Part shown: positions 63,860 through 64,000 of the stretch, in pieces
Layout of the letters: each line of letters begins with the position of its first letter
Numbering within the stretch: position 1 is the first letter of the stretch
Source: Zootoca vivipara
Taxonomy: Eukaryota
Direction: 5' to 3'
NCBI RefSeq assembly: GCF_963506605.1
Contig: NC_083279.1
Location: 620,001 to 684,000 of the forward strand
DNA length: 64,000 bases
Made by a program: the position numbers and the translations under genes
Notes under the pieces: model-generated
Told to the model about the DNA's origin: nothing
Databases searched by the model: none
Seen by the model: the letters and a program-made list of their open reading frames with translations, nothing else

Positions 63860-64000
63860 GCTATTTAAAAGTGATGTTTCAAATGTGTCACTGATGGGAA
63901 TTGTGTAAGTTCATGTGTTCCGGAGGGTGGGGAAGAGATTATTGTAATTTGTAAAATGTGTGAATGAATTGTTAATTATATTAATGTTGCCAGTAAAAAA

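Noticed and set aside
29715-64000. DIAPH3 terminal exon or a second host gene
   Set aside because: No ORF resembling the expected C-terminus (EVEALLARLRAL-like) or other non-TE coding exons found by eye; a short divergent exon could have been missed.

Overview
Vertebrate genomic DNA from a squamate reptile, probably a lacertid lizard (inferred from Sauria SINE, Squam3-like SINE, BovB and reptile CR1/L2 content). The window lies inside a + strand diaphanous-related formin gene, most likely DIAPH3. I reconstructed 16 consecutive coding exons (1-29714) that splice into one uninterrupted frame: end of FH3/DD, coiled coil, FH1, FH2, DAD. One intron (19779-25578) is a minor-spliceosome U12 AT-AC intron. 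From 29715 on is apparently the long last intron; I did not find the terminal exon. Introns are dense with transposons: TA-targeting Tc1/mariner-pogo MITEs, 8-bp-TSD hAT MITEs, Harbinger-like MITEs, L2, CR1, L1, RTE-BovB, SINEs and a solo LTR. Most notable are three Penelope-like insertions with 12-bp TSDs carrying minimal hammerhead ribozyme motifs (intact only antisense to the host gene), a ~580-bp bipartite L1-like retroposon with a 20-bp TSD, and a young hAT deletion derivative with a perfect internal 39-bp inverted repeat. Nearly all ORF-track entries are spurious or TE-derived. All homology calls come from recognising motifs by eye, not from database searches.
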